Positions 21,234-30,561 of a stretch of DNA of 64,000 bases are shown here, piece after piece. Positions within the stretch are counted from its first letter, which is position 1. Every line of letters starts with the position of its first letter. A program made the position numbers and the translations under genes. A model generated the notes under the pieces. That model saw only the letters and a program-made list of their open reading frames with translations. It had not been told where the DNA came from and ran no database searches. Origin of the DNA: an uncultured Desulfobulbaceae bacterium (GTDB lineage Bacteria; Desulfobacterota; Desulfobulbia; Desulfobulbales; Desulfobulbaceae); assembly GCA_947259225.1 (NCBI GenBank), contig CAMYLK010000009.1, positions 17,599-81,598 of the forward strand, read 5' to 3'.

Positions 21234-21464
21234 ATGAAAGATCTTATTAGCTACATTGTCGACAAACTGGTTGACAACCCTGATGCTATAGAAGTGACCG
21301 AAAGGGAAGAGGGTGATACGATCATTGTCGAATTGAAGGTTGCCAAAGAGGATCTCGGCAAAGTAATCGGCAAACAGGGAAGGACGGCAAAAGCCATGCG
21401 GTCAGTCCTGTCCGCCGCCGCAGGAAAGCTGGAAAAACGTTCCCGTCTAGAGATCTTAGAATAG
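21234..21464 (+). CDS. KH-domain RNA-binding protein (UPF0109)
   Basis: 76 aa. GKVIGKQGRTAKAMR GxxG loop. Conserved position between rpsP and rimM. Confidence 0.85.
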   Translation: MKDLISYIVDKLVDNPDAIEVTEREEGDTIIVELKVAKEDLGKVIGKQGRTAKAMRSVLSAAAGKLEKRSRLEILE

Positions 21465-21466
21465 CG

Positions 21467-22006
21467 ATGACTTCTACCGGTCAGGACACCGGAGATTTTA
21501 TTCTGCTCGGTAAGGTTACCAAGCCTCACGGTATCCGGGGCGAGGTAAAAGTATACCCTTACTCAAAGCAGCCGGAAAACTTTCTTGTCTACAAGGAAGT
21601 TTTTGTTGCTTCCGGCAACGAGAAAGAATGGATACTGTACAGTATTGAAAAAAGCAGGGTCCAGGGGAAACAGGTTGTCCTGAAGTTTTCCGACTGCTCG
21701 ACCAGGAGTGTTGCCGAAGAATTTGTCGGAAGTGAAATCTGGTTGCAGCGTGAAGACTTGCCGGAACTGGATGGCAGTGAGTTTTACTGGCTGGATTTTG
21801 AAGGAAAAAAGGTCGTTACTGAAGACGGCCAGGAGCTTGGCAGGGTCACAGGAATATTTGAAACTGGTGCGCATGATATTCTTACAGTTTCAGATGCCGA
21901 CAACGAGTACCTGATACCTGTACAAGAAAATTTTATAGCAAGTTACGATAAGAACAAGGTGGTGTTGAGTTTGCCGCCGGGGCTGCTTGATATTAACAAG
22001 AAATAA
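21467..22006 (+). CDS. rimM: Ribosome maturation factor RimM
   Basis: 179 aa. GKVTKPHGIRGEVKV block plus a PRC-barrel C-terminus. Confidence 0.9.
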   Translation: MTSTGQDTGDFILLGKVTKPHGIRGEVKVYPYSKQPENFLVYKEVFVASGNEKEWILYSIEKSRVQGKQVVLKFSDCSTRSVAEEFVGSEIWLQREDLPELDGSEFYWLDFEGKKVVTEDGQELGRVTGIFETGAHDILTVSDADNEYLIPVQENFIASYDKNKVVLSLPPGLLDINKK

Positions 22007-22029
22007 CCGCTTAACGGTTGTATGGGCCC

Positions 22030-22794
22030 ATGCTGTTTGACATTTTAACAATTTTTCCGGAGCTATTCGCTTCGCCGTTTCAAGATGGAATCCTGAGACG
22101 GGCGATAGGCAGCGGTAAGATTTCGGTCAATCTGCACAATATCCGAGATTATGCGACTGATAAGCATAAGATGACCGATGATCGCCCCTTCGGAGGGGGT
22201 GAAGGGATGGTTATGAAACCTGAACCCTTAATAACCGCTATTGAAGATGTTCAGCAGACAGAACCCAGGGGACATGTTGTTCTTATGTCGCCCCGCGGAA
22301 GAACCTATAATCAGGAGACCGCTGAGAGGTTAGCAGGTTTTTCGAGGTTGATTCTGGTTTGCGGCAGATACGAAGGTGTTGATGAACGGGTAACCGGATG
22401 CTGCATTGACGAAGAGATTTCGATAGGTGACTACATTCTTACCGGAGGTGAGTTTGCGGCAATGGTCATCGTCGATTCTGTAACGAGACTTATTCCCGGG
22501 GTTTTGGGATCGGAAGATTCTGCAACTAACGATACTTTCAGCCGCGGGTTGTTGAAGCATCCGCAATATACCAGGCCGCGTATGTATCAAAGTATGGACG
22601 TCCCGGAGATTCTGTTGTCCGGAGATCATACGGAAATAGAGCAGTATCGGTTTTTGGAATCGGTAAGGGAGACATTGGCCAGAAGGCCTGATCTTCTTAA
22701 AAAAGTAGAATTTACAGCCAGGGAAAAAAGACTGCTCGACAAGGCAGATCTTTTGGCTGGAGTAAAGGAAGTGTGCAAGGGGAATGGAGGATAG
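22030..22794 (+). CDS. trmD: tRNA (guanine37-N1)-methyltransferase
   Basis: MLFDILTIFPELF, GGGEGMVMKPEP, LVCGRYEGVDERV and SIGDYILTGGE. ATG 22030 chosen over TTG 22018. Confidence 0.95.
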   Translation: MLFDILTIFPELFASPFQDGILRRAIGSGKISVNLHNIRDYATDKHKMTDDRPFGGGEGMVMKPEPLITAIEDVQQTEPRGHVVLMSPRGRTYNQETAERLAGFSRLILVCGRYEGVDERVTGCCIDEEISIGDYILTGGEFAAMVIVDSVTRLIPGVLGSEDSATNDTFSRGLLKHPQYTRPRMYQSMDVPEILLSGDHTEIEQYRFLESVRETLARRPDLLKKVEFTAREKRLLDKADLLAGVKEVCKGNGG

Positions 22795-23365
22795 CGGGTC
22801 ACTGAAGATTGATGTGGCGCTTGTTCATTACCCGGTGGTAAACCGAACTGGCGAACTCATTGGCTCTGCTGTTACGAATCTTGACCTGCATGATATAGCC
22901 AGGGCTGCATGCACTTATGGAGTCGAGACCTACTGGGTGGTGACTCCTGATGCGCAGCAGCAGGAATTGGTCGGGAAGATTGTTGCTCACTGGACTCAAG
23001 GTTACGGTGGTTCTGTGAATCCGAACCGAAAGGATGCTCTGTCATTGATCCGGAGCAGTACATGCCTTGATGATGTAATCAATGGGATAACCGAGAAATG
23101 GGGAGTCCGACCCCTGATTCTGGCAACCTGCGCCCGCCCAGGACAGAGTACGATAGAATGCTCAGCTGTCCGTAAGATGATTGTGGCCGACAGGCCGCTG
23201 CTTCTGCTTTTCGGAACAGCCTGGGGTTTAGCTCCGGAGATACTGGCGCGGGCTGATGAAATACTTCCTCCAATAAGAGGAATTGGTAAGTATAATCATC
23301 TTTCAGTGCGATCCGCTGTGTCCATTATCCTGGACCGCTTGCTGGCACCTGAGGTGGAGAGATGA
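22784..23365 (+). CDS. SPOUT-superfamily putative RNA methyltransferase (COG4752/PF09936-like)
   Basis: 193 aa. VALVHYPVVNRTGELIGSAVTNLDLHDIARA N-terminal block. Sits between trmD and rplS and overlaps the trmD end by 11 nt. Confidence 0.55.
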   Translation: MEDSGSLKIDVALVHYPVVNRTGELIGSAVTNLDLHDIARAACTYGVETYWVVTPDAQQQELVGKIVAHWTQGYGGSVNPNRKDALSLIRSSTCLDDVINGITEKWGVRPLILATCARPGQSTIECSAVRKMIVADRPLLLLFGTAWGLAPEILARADEILPPIRGIGKYNHLSVRSAVSIILDRLLAPEVER

Positions 23366-23505
23366 TTGCACATAAAAAAGAGTATAAACTGAAGTAACAT
23401 TTTTAGAATAATTTTATAAGCATACTATAAAAACTGCGAATATTAAGCAGTCAGGTGATGGATGATGTGGAGGCATCCTTCGGGGCAAGCCCGTAAAAAT
23501 GAGTT

Positions 23506-23859
23506 ATGACCATGAATATTATTGACAGAATAGACCAGGAACAGATGCGGTTTGATCACCCTGATTTTCGTCCGGGTGATACAGTAAAAGTTTACATTCG
23601 TATTGTTGAAGGCAATAAGGAACGTGTCCAGGTATTTCAGGGTATTGTGATCAAGAGGAAACGCGGCAAAATGAATGCAACATTTACCGTTCGTAAAATT
23701 TCCCACGGGGTGGGTGTTGAAAAAACATTTGCATTGCATTCACCACGTCTTGAGAATGTTGAGATTGTCAGCCGTGGTAAAGTCCGCCGCTCCCGCCTGT
23801 TCTATCTCCGCGAGCGTCGGGGCAAGGCAGCACGTATCAAGGAACGCGGCATCATTTAA
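23506..23859 (+). CDS. rplS: 50S ribosomal protein L19
   Basis: 117 aa. [29 protein letters not shown]. Confidence 0.96.
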   Translation: MTMNIIDRIDQEQMRFDHPDFRPGDTVKVYIRIVEGNKERVQVFQGIVIKRKRGKMNATFTVRKISHGVGVEKTFALHSPRLENVEIVSRGKVRRSRLFYLRERRGKAARIKERGII

Positions 23860-23873
23860 AGTTCTTATCCAGG

Positions 23874-24614
23874 TTGAATTTTCAGGGGCACAGAGTAACA
23901 TTGCCTAAGGACAACGGACTTTGTGCCTCTCTCTCTTTTAACAACCCTGCAAAGACGGATACTTTTCACATTGAACGCTCACTTGTTCGTTCAGGTTACA
24001 GGTGTATAGCCGGTCTGGATGAAGCCGGGCGTGGCCCGTTGGCAGGCCCTGTGGTTGCCGGTTGTGTAGTTCTCCCGCAGGACTGCGAATACCAACGGTT
24101 CAAAGATTCAAAAAAGCTGAGTGCTCCTGAACGCCAGAATCTTTTTAATTTCCTTCACACCTGTGGGGCAAAAATCGGCTATGCTGTAGTCTCACCAGAG
24201 GAAATCGATCAAATCAATATTCTCCAGGCCTCCCTGAAAGCAATGGCGAGGGCAGTTTCCAACCTCACCCGGCAGTTTAATTCGGAGCCGGATTTTCTTC
24301 TTGTTGACGGTAAGTTTACCACTCCGGTCAATCTCCCGCAGGAGGCCCTTGTAAAAGGTGAATCAAAAAGCGCCTCCATTGCAGCAGCTTCAATTATTGC
24401 AAAAGTGACTCGTGACAAGCTGATGGAGAAGTTTCACACAAAATACCCTGAATACAACTTTAAGCAGAACAAGGGCTATCCGACTGCTGACCATCGCCAT
24501 GCCATCAAAACGCACGGTCCCTGTGTGATCCATCGCCGTACATTTAAAGGGGTCCGGGAGTTTCTGGCTGATGTTCCTCCACGTATCCAGACCAGTCAGA
24601 CGGAGTTGTGGTGA
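23874..24614 (+). CDS. rnhB: Ribonuclease HII
   Basis: IAGLDEAGRGPLAGPVV and DSKKL motifs. Start is uncertain: TTG at 23874, with no ATG before the catalytic block. Confidence 0.88.
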   Translation: MNFQGHRVTLPKDNGLCASLSFNNPAKTDTFHIERSLVRSGYRCIAGLDEAGRGPLAGPVVAGCVVLPQDCEYQRFKDSKKLSAPERQNLFNFLHTCGAKIGYAVVSPEEIDQINILQASLKAMARAVSNLTRQFNSEPDFLLVDGKFTTPVNLPQEALVKGESKSASIAAASIIAKVTRDKLMEKFHTKYPEYNFKQNKGYPTADHRHAIKTHGPCVIHRRTFKGVREFLADVPPRIQTSQTELW

Positions 24615-25033
24615 AAGAGGCAATCCTTGGTTTTTTTTCAAGTAAGTTGAACAGTGCCAACGGTATGGCAGGGAAAAGCACCGGCCATTACGGTGAGGAA
24701 GTCGCAGTCGCATACCTGAAACAAAAAGGGTATTCGATTGTTGAACGTAATTATCGCAAACGTTTCGGTGAGATTGATATCATTGCAGAAAATGGGGAAA
24801 CAGTTGTTTTTGTCGAAGTGAAAACCAGAAGGTCAACCCGCTATGGAAGTCCCTTTGATGCAGTTGACGACCGCAAACAAAAGAAGATGTCGCGCGTTGC
24901 CCTTGCATACCTGAACAGCAGGAAACTGTTTGACAAGCTGGCCCGTTTCGATGTTGTAGCAGTTATGCTTCGTGACGGCTCTCCACCTGAAATTGAGATC
25001 GTGCAGGATGCTTTTGAAATTTACGATGAATAA
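24608..25033 (+). CDS. yraN: YraN-family endonuclease (UPF0102)
   Basis: GEEVAVAYLKQKGYSIVERNYR...GEIDIIA...VVFVEVKTR. The true start may be ATG 24665. Confidence 0.85.
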   Translation: MVKEAILGFFSSKLNSANGMAGKSTGHYGEEVAVAYLKQKGYSIVERNYRKRFGEIDIIAENGETVVFVEVKTRRSTRYGSPFDAVDDRKQKKMSRVALAYLNSRKLFDKLARFDVVAVMLRDGSPPEIEIVQDAFEIYDE

Positions 25034-25060
25034 AACAGGCTGCGAAAATGTTTATAAAAG

Positions 25061-26059
25061 GTGTCTGCCATGATCGGGATCACAATGGGATGCCCCGTTG
25101 GCATTGGCCCGGAAATTCTCCTGAAATTTTTTTCCTCGATACCGGAGGATCAAGGTGTACAACCTGTTATTTTAGGCGATCTGGGAGTATTGCAACATGC
25201 TTCATCAACACTTGGTATTCCCGCGGAAATTGTACCATGGAAACCAGGAGAGGCAATTGAGAGAGGTACTGTGCCTGTTTATAACCTTTCATCTCTGGAC
25301 AGCACTGAATTACGCTGGGGGAAGCCAGATGAGAAAACAGGCAAGGCCATGGCGCTATATATTGAAGAGGCGGTGAAGCTCACAGGAGACGGGATTCTGG
25401 CCGGCATGGTAACCTGTCCCATAACAAAAAAAACATTGAGCATGGCTGGCTATCATTACCCCGGACACACTGAAATGTTGGCGGATCTGACCGGGACAGA
25501 AAATTATCTCATGATGATGGCCGGCCGGCAGCTGAAAGTAACACTTGTCACTATACATGAACCGTTAAGTCGTGTCGCGGAGATGATCTCTGTAGAAAAG
25601 ATCGAAAAATGTATTAGAATGACCAATCTGGCACTCAGGGAAGATTTCGATATGATAAATCCAAGGATAGCTGTGGCCGGGTTGAACCCCCATGGAGGAG
25701 AGGAGGCAATGTTCGGCCGGGAAGAGGAACAGATCATTATCCCTGCTGTTCACGCAACGTCGGGTGAATGCAATGTCAGCGGACCCTGGGCACCGGACAC
25801 GGTTTTTTATCACGCTGCACAAGGGAGGTTTGACGCTGTCATCGCCATGTATCACGATCAGGGGTTGATACCTTTTAAGCTTCTTCATTTTGCTGACGGG
25901 GTAAATGTCACACTGGGGTTGCCAATAGTGCGTACGTCCGTCGATCATGGCACGGCATATGATATTGCGGGTCATGGTGTCGCGGACTGCTCAAGTCTTG
26001 TGGAAGCTTATGTCATGGCGGGTAAAATTATTATAAACAGGATAAATAAGGATAGTTGA
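25061..26059 (+). CDS. pdxA: 4-hydroxythreonine-4-phosphate dehydrogenase
   Basis: 332 aa. ITMGCPVGIGPEI, YPGHTEML, GLNPHGGE, YHDQGLIPFK and RTSVDHGTA. Confidence 0.93.
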   Translation: MSAMIGITMGCPVGIGPEILLKFFSSIPEDQGVQPVILGDLGVLQHASSTLGIPAEIVPWKPGEAIERGTVPVYNLSSLDSTELRWGKPDEKTGKAMALYIEEAVKLTGDGILAGMVTCPITKKTLSMAGYHYPGHTEMLADLTGTENYLMMMAGRQLKVTLVTIHEPLSRVAEMISVEKIEKCIRMTNLALREDFDMINPRIAVAGLNPHGGEEAMFGREEEQIIIPAVHATSGECNVSGPWAPDTVFYHAAQGRFDAVIAMYHDQGLIPFKLLHFADGVNVTLGLPIVRTSVDHGTAYDIAGHGVADCSSLVEAYVMAGKIIINRINKDS

Positions 26060-26697
26060 TAAAGACAATGAGCAGGGGCATACTCATAGCTGTAGAAGGA
26101 ATAGACGGTACTGGAAAGTCTACGCAGGTGGGGTTGCTGGCAGAATACCTGCGGGAAAAGGGGTGCGCAGTGATTCAAACCCGCGAACCTACCGATGGGC
26201 CACATGGAAAAAAAATCAGGGAGTTGTATTCTGATCGAGGACAGGTATCCATTGAAGAAGAGCTGGAGCTGTTTATTGAAGACAGGCGTCAGCATGTTCA
26301 TGATGTCATCGGACCGGCACTGGCAGCGGGACATATAGTTCTGACTGATCGATATTACTATTCCACAGCAGCCTATCAGGGAGCTGCCGGACTTGATCCT
26401 GAGGAAGTCTTTGTAAAAAACAGTTTCGCTCCTGAGCCTGATTTGGTTATTCTTCTTACAATGAATCCGGAAGCAAGCCTTGCGAGGATCAAAGAGCTTC
26501 GCGGCGATGAACTCAACGAATTTGAACAGGAAGGGCAGTTACGTAGGGTTGCGGCTCTCTTTGCATCATTTAACAATGAGTGTATTGCCAGAATAAATTC
26601 AGACGCACCCCTGGACAAGGTTGGGGAAGAAATCCGGGCTACGGTAAATACTTTGCTGCAGGAAAAGAATTATCAATGCGAACCAGTAAAAAACTGA
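26056..26697 (+). CDS. tmk: Thymidylate kinase
   Basis: 213 aa. IAVEGIDGTGKSTQ P-loop and DRYYYSTAAYQG. Confidence 0.93.
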   Translation: MIKTMSRGILIAVEGIDGTGKSTQVGLLAEYLREKGCAVIQTREPTDGPHGKKIRELYSDRGQVSIEEELELFIEDRRQHVHDVIGPALAAGHIVLTDRYYYSTAAYQGAAGLDPEEVFVKNSFAPEPDLVILLTMNPEASLARIKELRGDELNEFEQEGQLRRVAALFASFNNECIARINSDAPLDKVGEEIRATVNTLLQEKNYQCEPVKN

Positions 26698-28409
26698 TAC
26701 ATCAATTTATATATCCTGTTGTTTTGCTGCAGATTATTATTTTTCTGTCAGCCTGCCAGCCCCAGGGTTCCATGCATTCTGTCGATCTGGTTGAAGAAAC
26801 GGATTACGGTTGCGCATACTTTTATTTTTTGTGGGGCAGACAGGCTGAGCTTGCCATGCAGTTTGAAGAGGCTCTGGAAGCATATGAAAAAGCACTGATC
26901 TGCGATCCGGAAGCGGATTATATAATACGAAAGATTCCCGTAATGCTCCTGAGGATGAAACGAGGTGATGAGGCTGTAACCTTGTTGAACAACTATCTTA
27001 ATGATAAGCCACATGATACAGGTGTCCGAAGGCTTCTGGCCCGTGTATACATCGGTCTTGGGTCATATGATGAAGCAGCGGAGCAGTATAGAGTTATTCA
27101 TAGTCAGAACCCGGAAGAGGTCAGTTCCCTCCTTCTTCTGAGTGAACTGTACCTGAACCTGAACAAAAGCGATCAAGCCGAACAGGTATTGAATGAGCTT
27201 TTGACAGTCAGCAGCAACTCCTATCCTGCCCATGTTATGCTGGCCCGTATCCACCTGAATAATAAAAAGTACCAACAGGCTGTTGATGAATACCAGAAAG
27301 CTCTGGACATGAGCTGGTCAGTAGATCTGCTTATGGAAATGAGCGAGGTGTACATACAGCAGAAGGAATTCGACAAGGTCATCGGGATATACAGTGAGAT
27401 TCTTAAGCAGGATGGGGATAACGAAAGAGTGTCCCTCGCCCTGATAAATTTTCTGCTCCTGCAGAACAAAGAGAAAGAAGCCCTTGCAGAACTTAACAGG
27501 TTGAAAACTCTCACTGGTGAACCTGACAGGGTAGATCTTTCCATTGCCCGTCTTTATGCCAGGCTTGAGAAATATAACCAGGCTGTGGAGATTTTACAAA
27601 AATACCTGGAGAGAAAGAATACAGCTGATGCCCGCTATCTTCTGGCAGTAATTTTGACCCAGGCCGAGAAATACGACCAGGCCGTATACGAACTGCAAAG
27701 GATTGACAGTACTGCAGAAGAATTTGAAAGTGCGGTTATTTTACAGGTAAGGGTTCTTCGTTTTCTTGACAGGCCGGAACAGGCAGTTGAAGTTCTTGAA
27801 AAGGCTATAGAGAATGAACAGGACCGCCGCCCTGATATGTTCGTCATGCTGGCAGCTCTGTATCAGCTGCAGGGTAAGACCGACCTTGGCAGAACTACTT
27901 TTGACAGAGCGTTGTCAGCGTTTCCTGATAATGATGAACTCTTGTACGATTATGGTCTTTTTCTCGACACTCTGGGTTCCCAGGAAGAAGCCATGTCTTT
28001 AATGCAGGAACTCATTAAGCGACAGCCCGAACATGGTGAGGCCCTGAATTATGTTGGATACTCATGGGCGGATAAAAGCATTCATCTTGACAAGGCGCTA
28101 GAATATATCCAGCGTGCCGTCAAACTGAAACCGGACAATGGATATATTCGAGACAGCCTGGGGTGGGTATTTTACAAGCTGGGAAGGATTGAGGAGGCAA
28201 GGCAGGCACTCGAGGAAGCGGTCAGACTTTCTAAAGACGAGGATTATGCTATTTATGACCACCTTGGTGATGTCTATCTCGAACTGGGACGAAAAGAAGA
28301 TGCTCTTGATGCCTATGAAAAGGCCTATGCACTTGTGGAGGAAAATAACAAGGAAAGAAAAAAAGTGCTGCTGGATAAAATAAAACTCCTTGAAAATCAG
28401 AAAGAATAA
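26676..28409 (+). CDS. Exported tetratricopeptide-repeat protein
   Basis: Start moved to MRTSKKLIHQF, which is followed by a hydrophobic signal and LSAC. The ORF-track start at 26580 lies inside tmk. Repeated TPR-like A..Y...L helices throughout. Confidence 0.75.
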   Translation: MRTSKKLIHQFIYPVVLLQIIIFLSACQPQGSMHSVDLVEETDYGCAYFYFLWGRQAELAMQFEEALEAYEKALICDPEADYIIRKIPVMLLRMKRGDEAVTLLNNYLNDKPHDTGVRRLLARVYIGLGSYDEAAEQYRVIHSQNPEEVSSLLLLSELYLNLNKSDQAEQVLNELLTVSSNSYPAHVMLARIHLNNKKYQQAVDEYQKALDMSWSVDLLMEMSEVYIQQKEFDKVIGIYSEILKQDGDNERVSLALINFLLLQNKEKEALAELNRLKTLTGEPDRVDLSIARLYARLEKYNQAVEILQKYLERKNTADARYLLAVILTQAEKYDQAVYELQRIDSTAEEFESAVILQVRVLRFLDRPEQAVEVLEKAIENEQDRRPDMFVMLAALYQLQGKTDLGRTTFDRALSAFPDNDELLYDYGLFLDTLGSQEEAMSLMQELIKRQPEHGEALNYVGYSWADKSIHLDKALEYIQRAVKLKPDNGYIRDSLGWVFYKLGRIEEARQALEEAVRLSKDEDYAIYDHLGDVYLELGRKEDALDAYEKAYALVEENNKERKKVLLDKIKLLENQKE

Positions 28410-28411
28410 CC

Positions 28412-29224
28412 GTGTTTTATAGAACCTGGCCGCTTTACCCGTATTGCCTGATACTTGTCTGTTGTATTCTCCTGGCCGGTTGCTCAGCCAAACTCCCGCA
28501 AACAACCCCGGTGGAGGGCAAGGAAAGGGAATATCTCCTGGACCGATACCAGGTATTGCATAACAGGGCATGCGCAAAGTCAATTGACGCTGATGTTTCT
28601 TTTGTGCTGAAGACATTTGGTAAACATCAAAAAGCTGCCGGGTTTCTCCAGGTTCTGCCGCCATCATCTTTGCGGGTCACAATATTTGATCAAATCGACA
28701 GACCGATTGTTATTTTCGTCTCCACCGGTGAAACCTTTACCTTGGTGGATAGTATGAATGGACAGGGTATTGTGGGATCAGTTGAATCCATTACGAAACA
28801 TGAGGGAGCTTCCCTGTATCTCCAGCCGGATGAAGTAATCACTTTATTGCAGGGAAGATTAACACCTGAAACGTCTTGCTTGCTTGAGGTCCGGAAAGAC
28901 AAAAATAACAGTGAACTGGCATGGCTTATTTTTTCACCAAACGAAAAAAACAGGCACAATGTTTTATTCGATGCTGAAGCAGAGCGTATACATCGTTATG
29001 TGATTGGAAACAGCATGGGAAAAATTCTTCTGGATATCAAGTACACATGGCGCGATGTAATTGAAGGTGATTGCATTCTCCCTGATGAATTAAAGGTTAC
29101 GGGAGCCGTTCTCAAGGGAGATGTTACCCTGAAATATGATCATGTTATCGTTGATGCTGTAATCCCGGAAAGTATTTTCAAGCTCACTTTACCTGAGCAC
29201 TACAATATCAAAGTAATTGAGTAA
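28412..29224 (+). CDS. Outer-membrane lipoprotein, LolB/DUF4292-like
   Basis: 270 aa, GTG start, lipobox LLAGC. Size and position after the TPR gene fit LolB-like proteins, but the family call is tentative. Confidence 0.4.
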   Translation: MFYRTWPLYPYCLILVCCILLAGCSAKLPQTTPVEGKEREYLLDRYQVLHNRACAKSIDADVSFVLKTFGKHQKAAGFLQVLPPSSLRVTIFDQIDRPIVIFVSTGETFTLVDSMNGQGIVGSVESITKHEGASLYLQPDEVITLLQGRLTPETSCLLEVRKDKNNSELAWLIFSPNEKNRHNVLFDAEAERIHRYVIGNSMGKILLDIKYTWRDVIEGDCILPDELKVTGAVLKGDVTLKYDHVIVDAVIPESIFKLTLPEHYNIKVIE

Positions 29225-29299
29225 GGTGAATTAACCCCTCCGCAGATCAGTGATGCCAGAGAAAAATGGTAAATTTGCCTTACCATAAATTAAAGAATA

Positions 29300-30415
29300 T
29301 TAATTAACGACTTTTTCTCCGGTGGCGTTGATAATAATCATGAACAGGCTGTCTTCCTTGAAAAAAATCTGTTGGAGATCGTAGTTCTTTCCAGGTATCA
29401 GGTCAAGAACGACCCTGATGTTGTCCGGGTCCCGGTATTTTCCTATTTTGATACTCTTAATAAACCTGCCTCCTGATTCAATGAGTTCTTCAAGGTCATC
29501 GGAGGCGCTTGTATCCTTAAAGAAACAGACGATCCGGGGAATGTCCTCTTCGATACCGAAAACGACCGGAGGGTTAAATGAATTGAGCTTAAAGGCTACA
29601 ATTTCACCACGATGAGAGGTATCATCAAATTCAACAGAAATGAGGGTGGGTGTTTTTTCAGCGGCCTCTTTTTCTGTTTCTCCAATTTCAGACAAAGGCT
29701 GAATGACGGTTGATTCCTCAACCTCAGGTTTTGCCATTTCTTCCGTACCTGCTGGAGGGACACTGGCGATTTGGGTTGGTTCCTGAGGCGCCTCTTCCTC
29801 CTCCTGCTTCACACGCTCAGGTTCAGCCACAGGTATCGGTTCAACAGGTGTTGCTTCTACGGTCTTCTGCTCAGGTTCCCGCGATTCTGTCTCCACAGGT
29901 TTTTCTGCAGCCTTAACTTGGTCAGTTTTTTCTTTCGGTACCGCTTCCGGTTCTTCAAGTTCCTCAGTGATGGGTTCCAGCGTCATGCCAGCAGCAGAGA
30001 CACGGATTACAAGCGTATTTGTTTCTTCATCAAAGTCCTGATCATAGTCAATTAACATACCGGGCTTTAAATCAAACACAATCCTGGTTTTCGGGTTATT
30101 TCCCTTGTGAATCCCAGTTCTTATACTTTTAACAAAGGTACCATCAGCCTGGATAGTGTTCCTGACTTTTTTCGTCGGCACGACTTCAGAGAAATCGAAC
30201 ACTACACGCGGCCTGTCGCCTTTCAGGGCAAATGATGTGGGTAAATGGGCTCCATTCAACTTGAAAATTATCCGATCTTCATTGGGGCCCGGGGTTTCAA
30301 ACTGAATTTGCTCAAGAAGTGGTTTGGCGAAGGCTGATGTCAAACCGGTATGAACAAGGAGGATCATGAGGCAAACAGTTATGATGGAAGCTCTTTTTTT
30401 CATGGTCAGTCTCAT
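29300..30415 (-). CDS. AMIN-domain protein (two AMIN-like domains joined by an acidic Pro/Glu-rich linker)
   Basis: 371 aa with a signal peptide. RVVFDF...IRTGIH...TRIVFDL and RIVCFF...IKIGKY...IRVVLDL repeats. The linker is rich in E, P and K. Confidence 0.6.
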   Translation of the reverse strand: MRLTMKKRASIITVCLMILLVHTGLTSAFAKPLLEQIQFETPGPNEDRIIFKLNGAHLPTSFALKGDRPRVVFDFSEVVPTKKVRNTIQADGTFVKSIRTGIHKGNNPKTRIVFDLKPGMLIDYDQDFDEETNTLVIRVSAAGMTLEPITEELEEPEAVPKEKTDQVKAAEKPVETESREPEQKTVEATPVEPIPVAEPERVKQEEEEAPQEPTQIASVPPAGTEEMAKPEVEESTVIQPLSEIGETEKEAAEKTPTLISVEFDDTSHRGEIVAFKLNSFNPPVVFGIEEDIPRIVCFFKDTSASDDLEELIESGGRFIKSIKIGKYRDPDNIRVVLDLIPGKNYDLQQIFFKEDSLFMIIINATGEKVVN

Positions 30416-30561
30416 TGTATGCTGAAGCTTTGCAGAAAATTGATTAGTATTGATGATGGTTTTAACATTTCCTTATAATATTTTGAATTAAACATCGTGG
30501 AAGCTTGATATGTCAACATTTTTCACTAAATCAACACAGTTAACTGCAACTCATTTTGGTT

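Noticed and set aside
26580-26675. Long 5' extension of the TPR-protein ORF
   Set aside because: It lies entirely inside tmk in another frame. The signal-peptide-bearing start at 26676 is more plausible.
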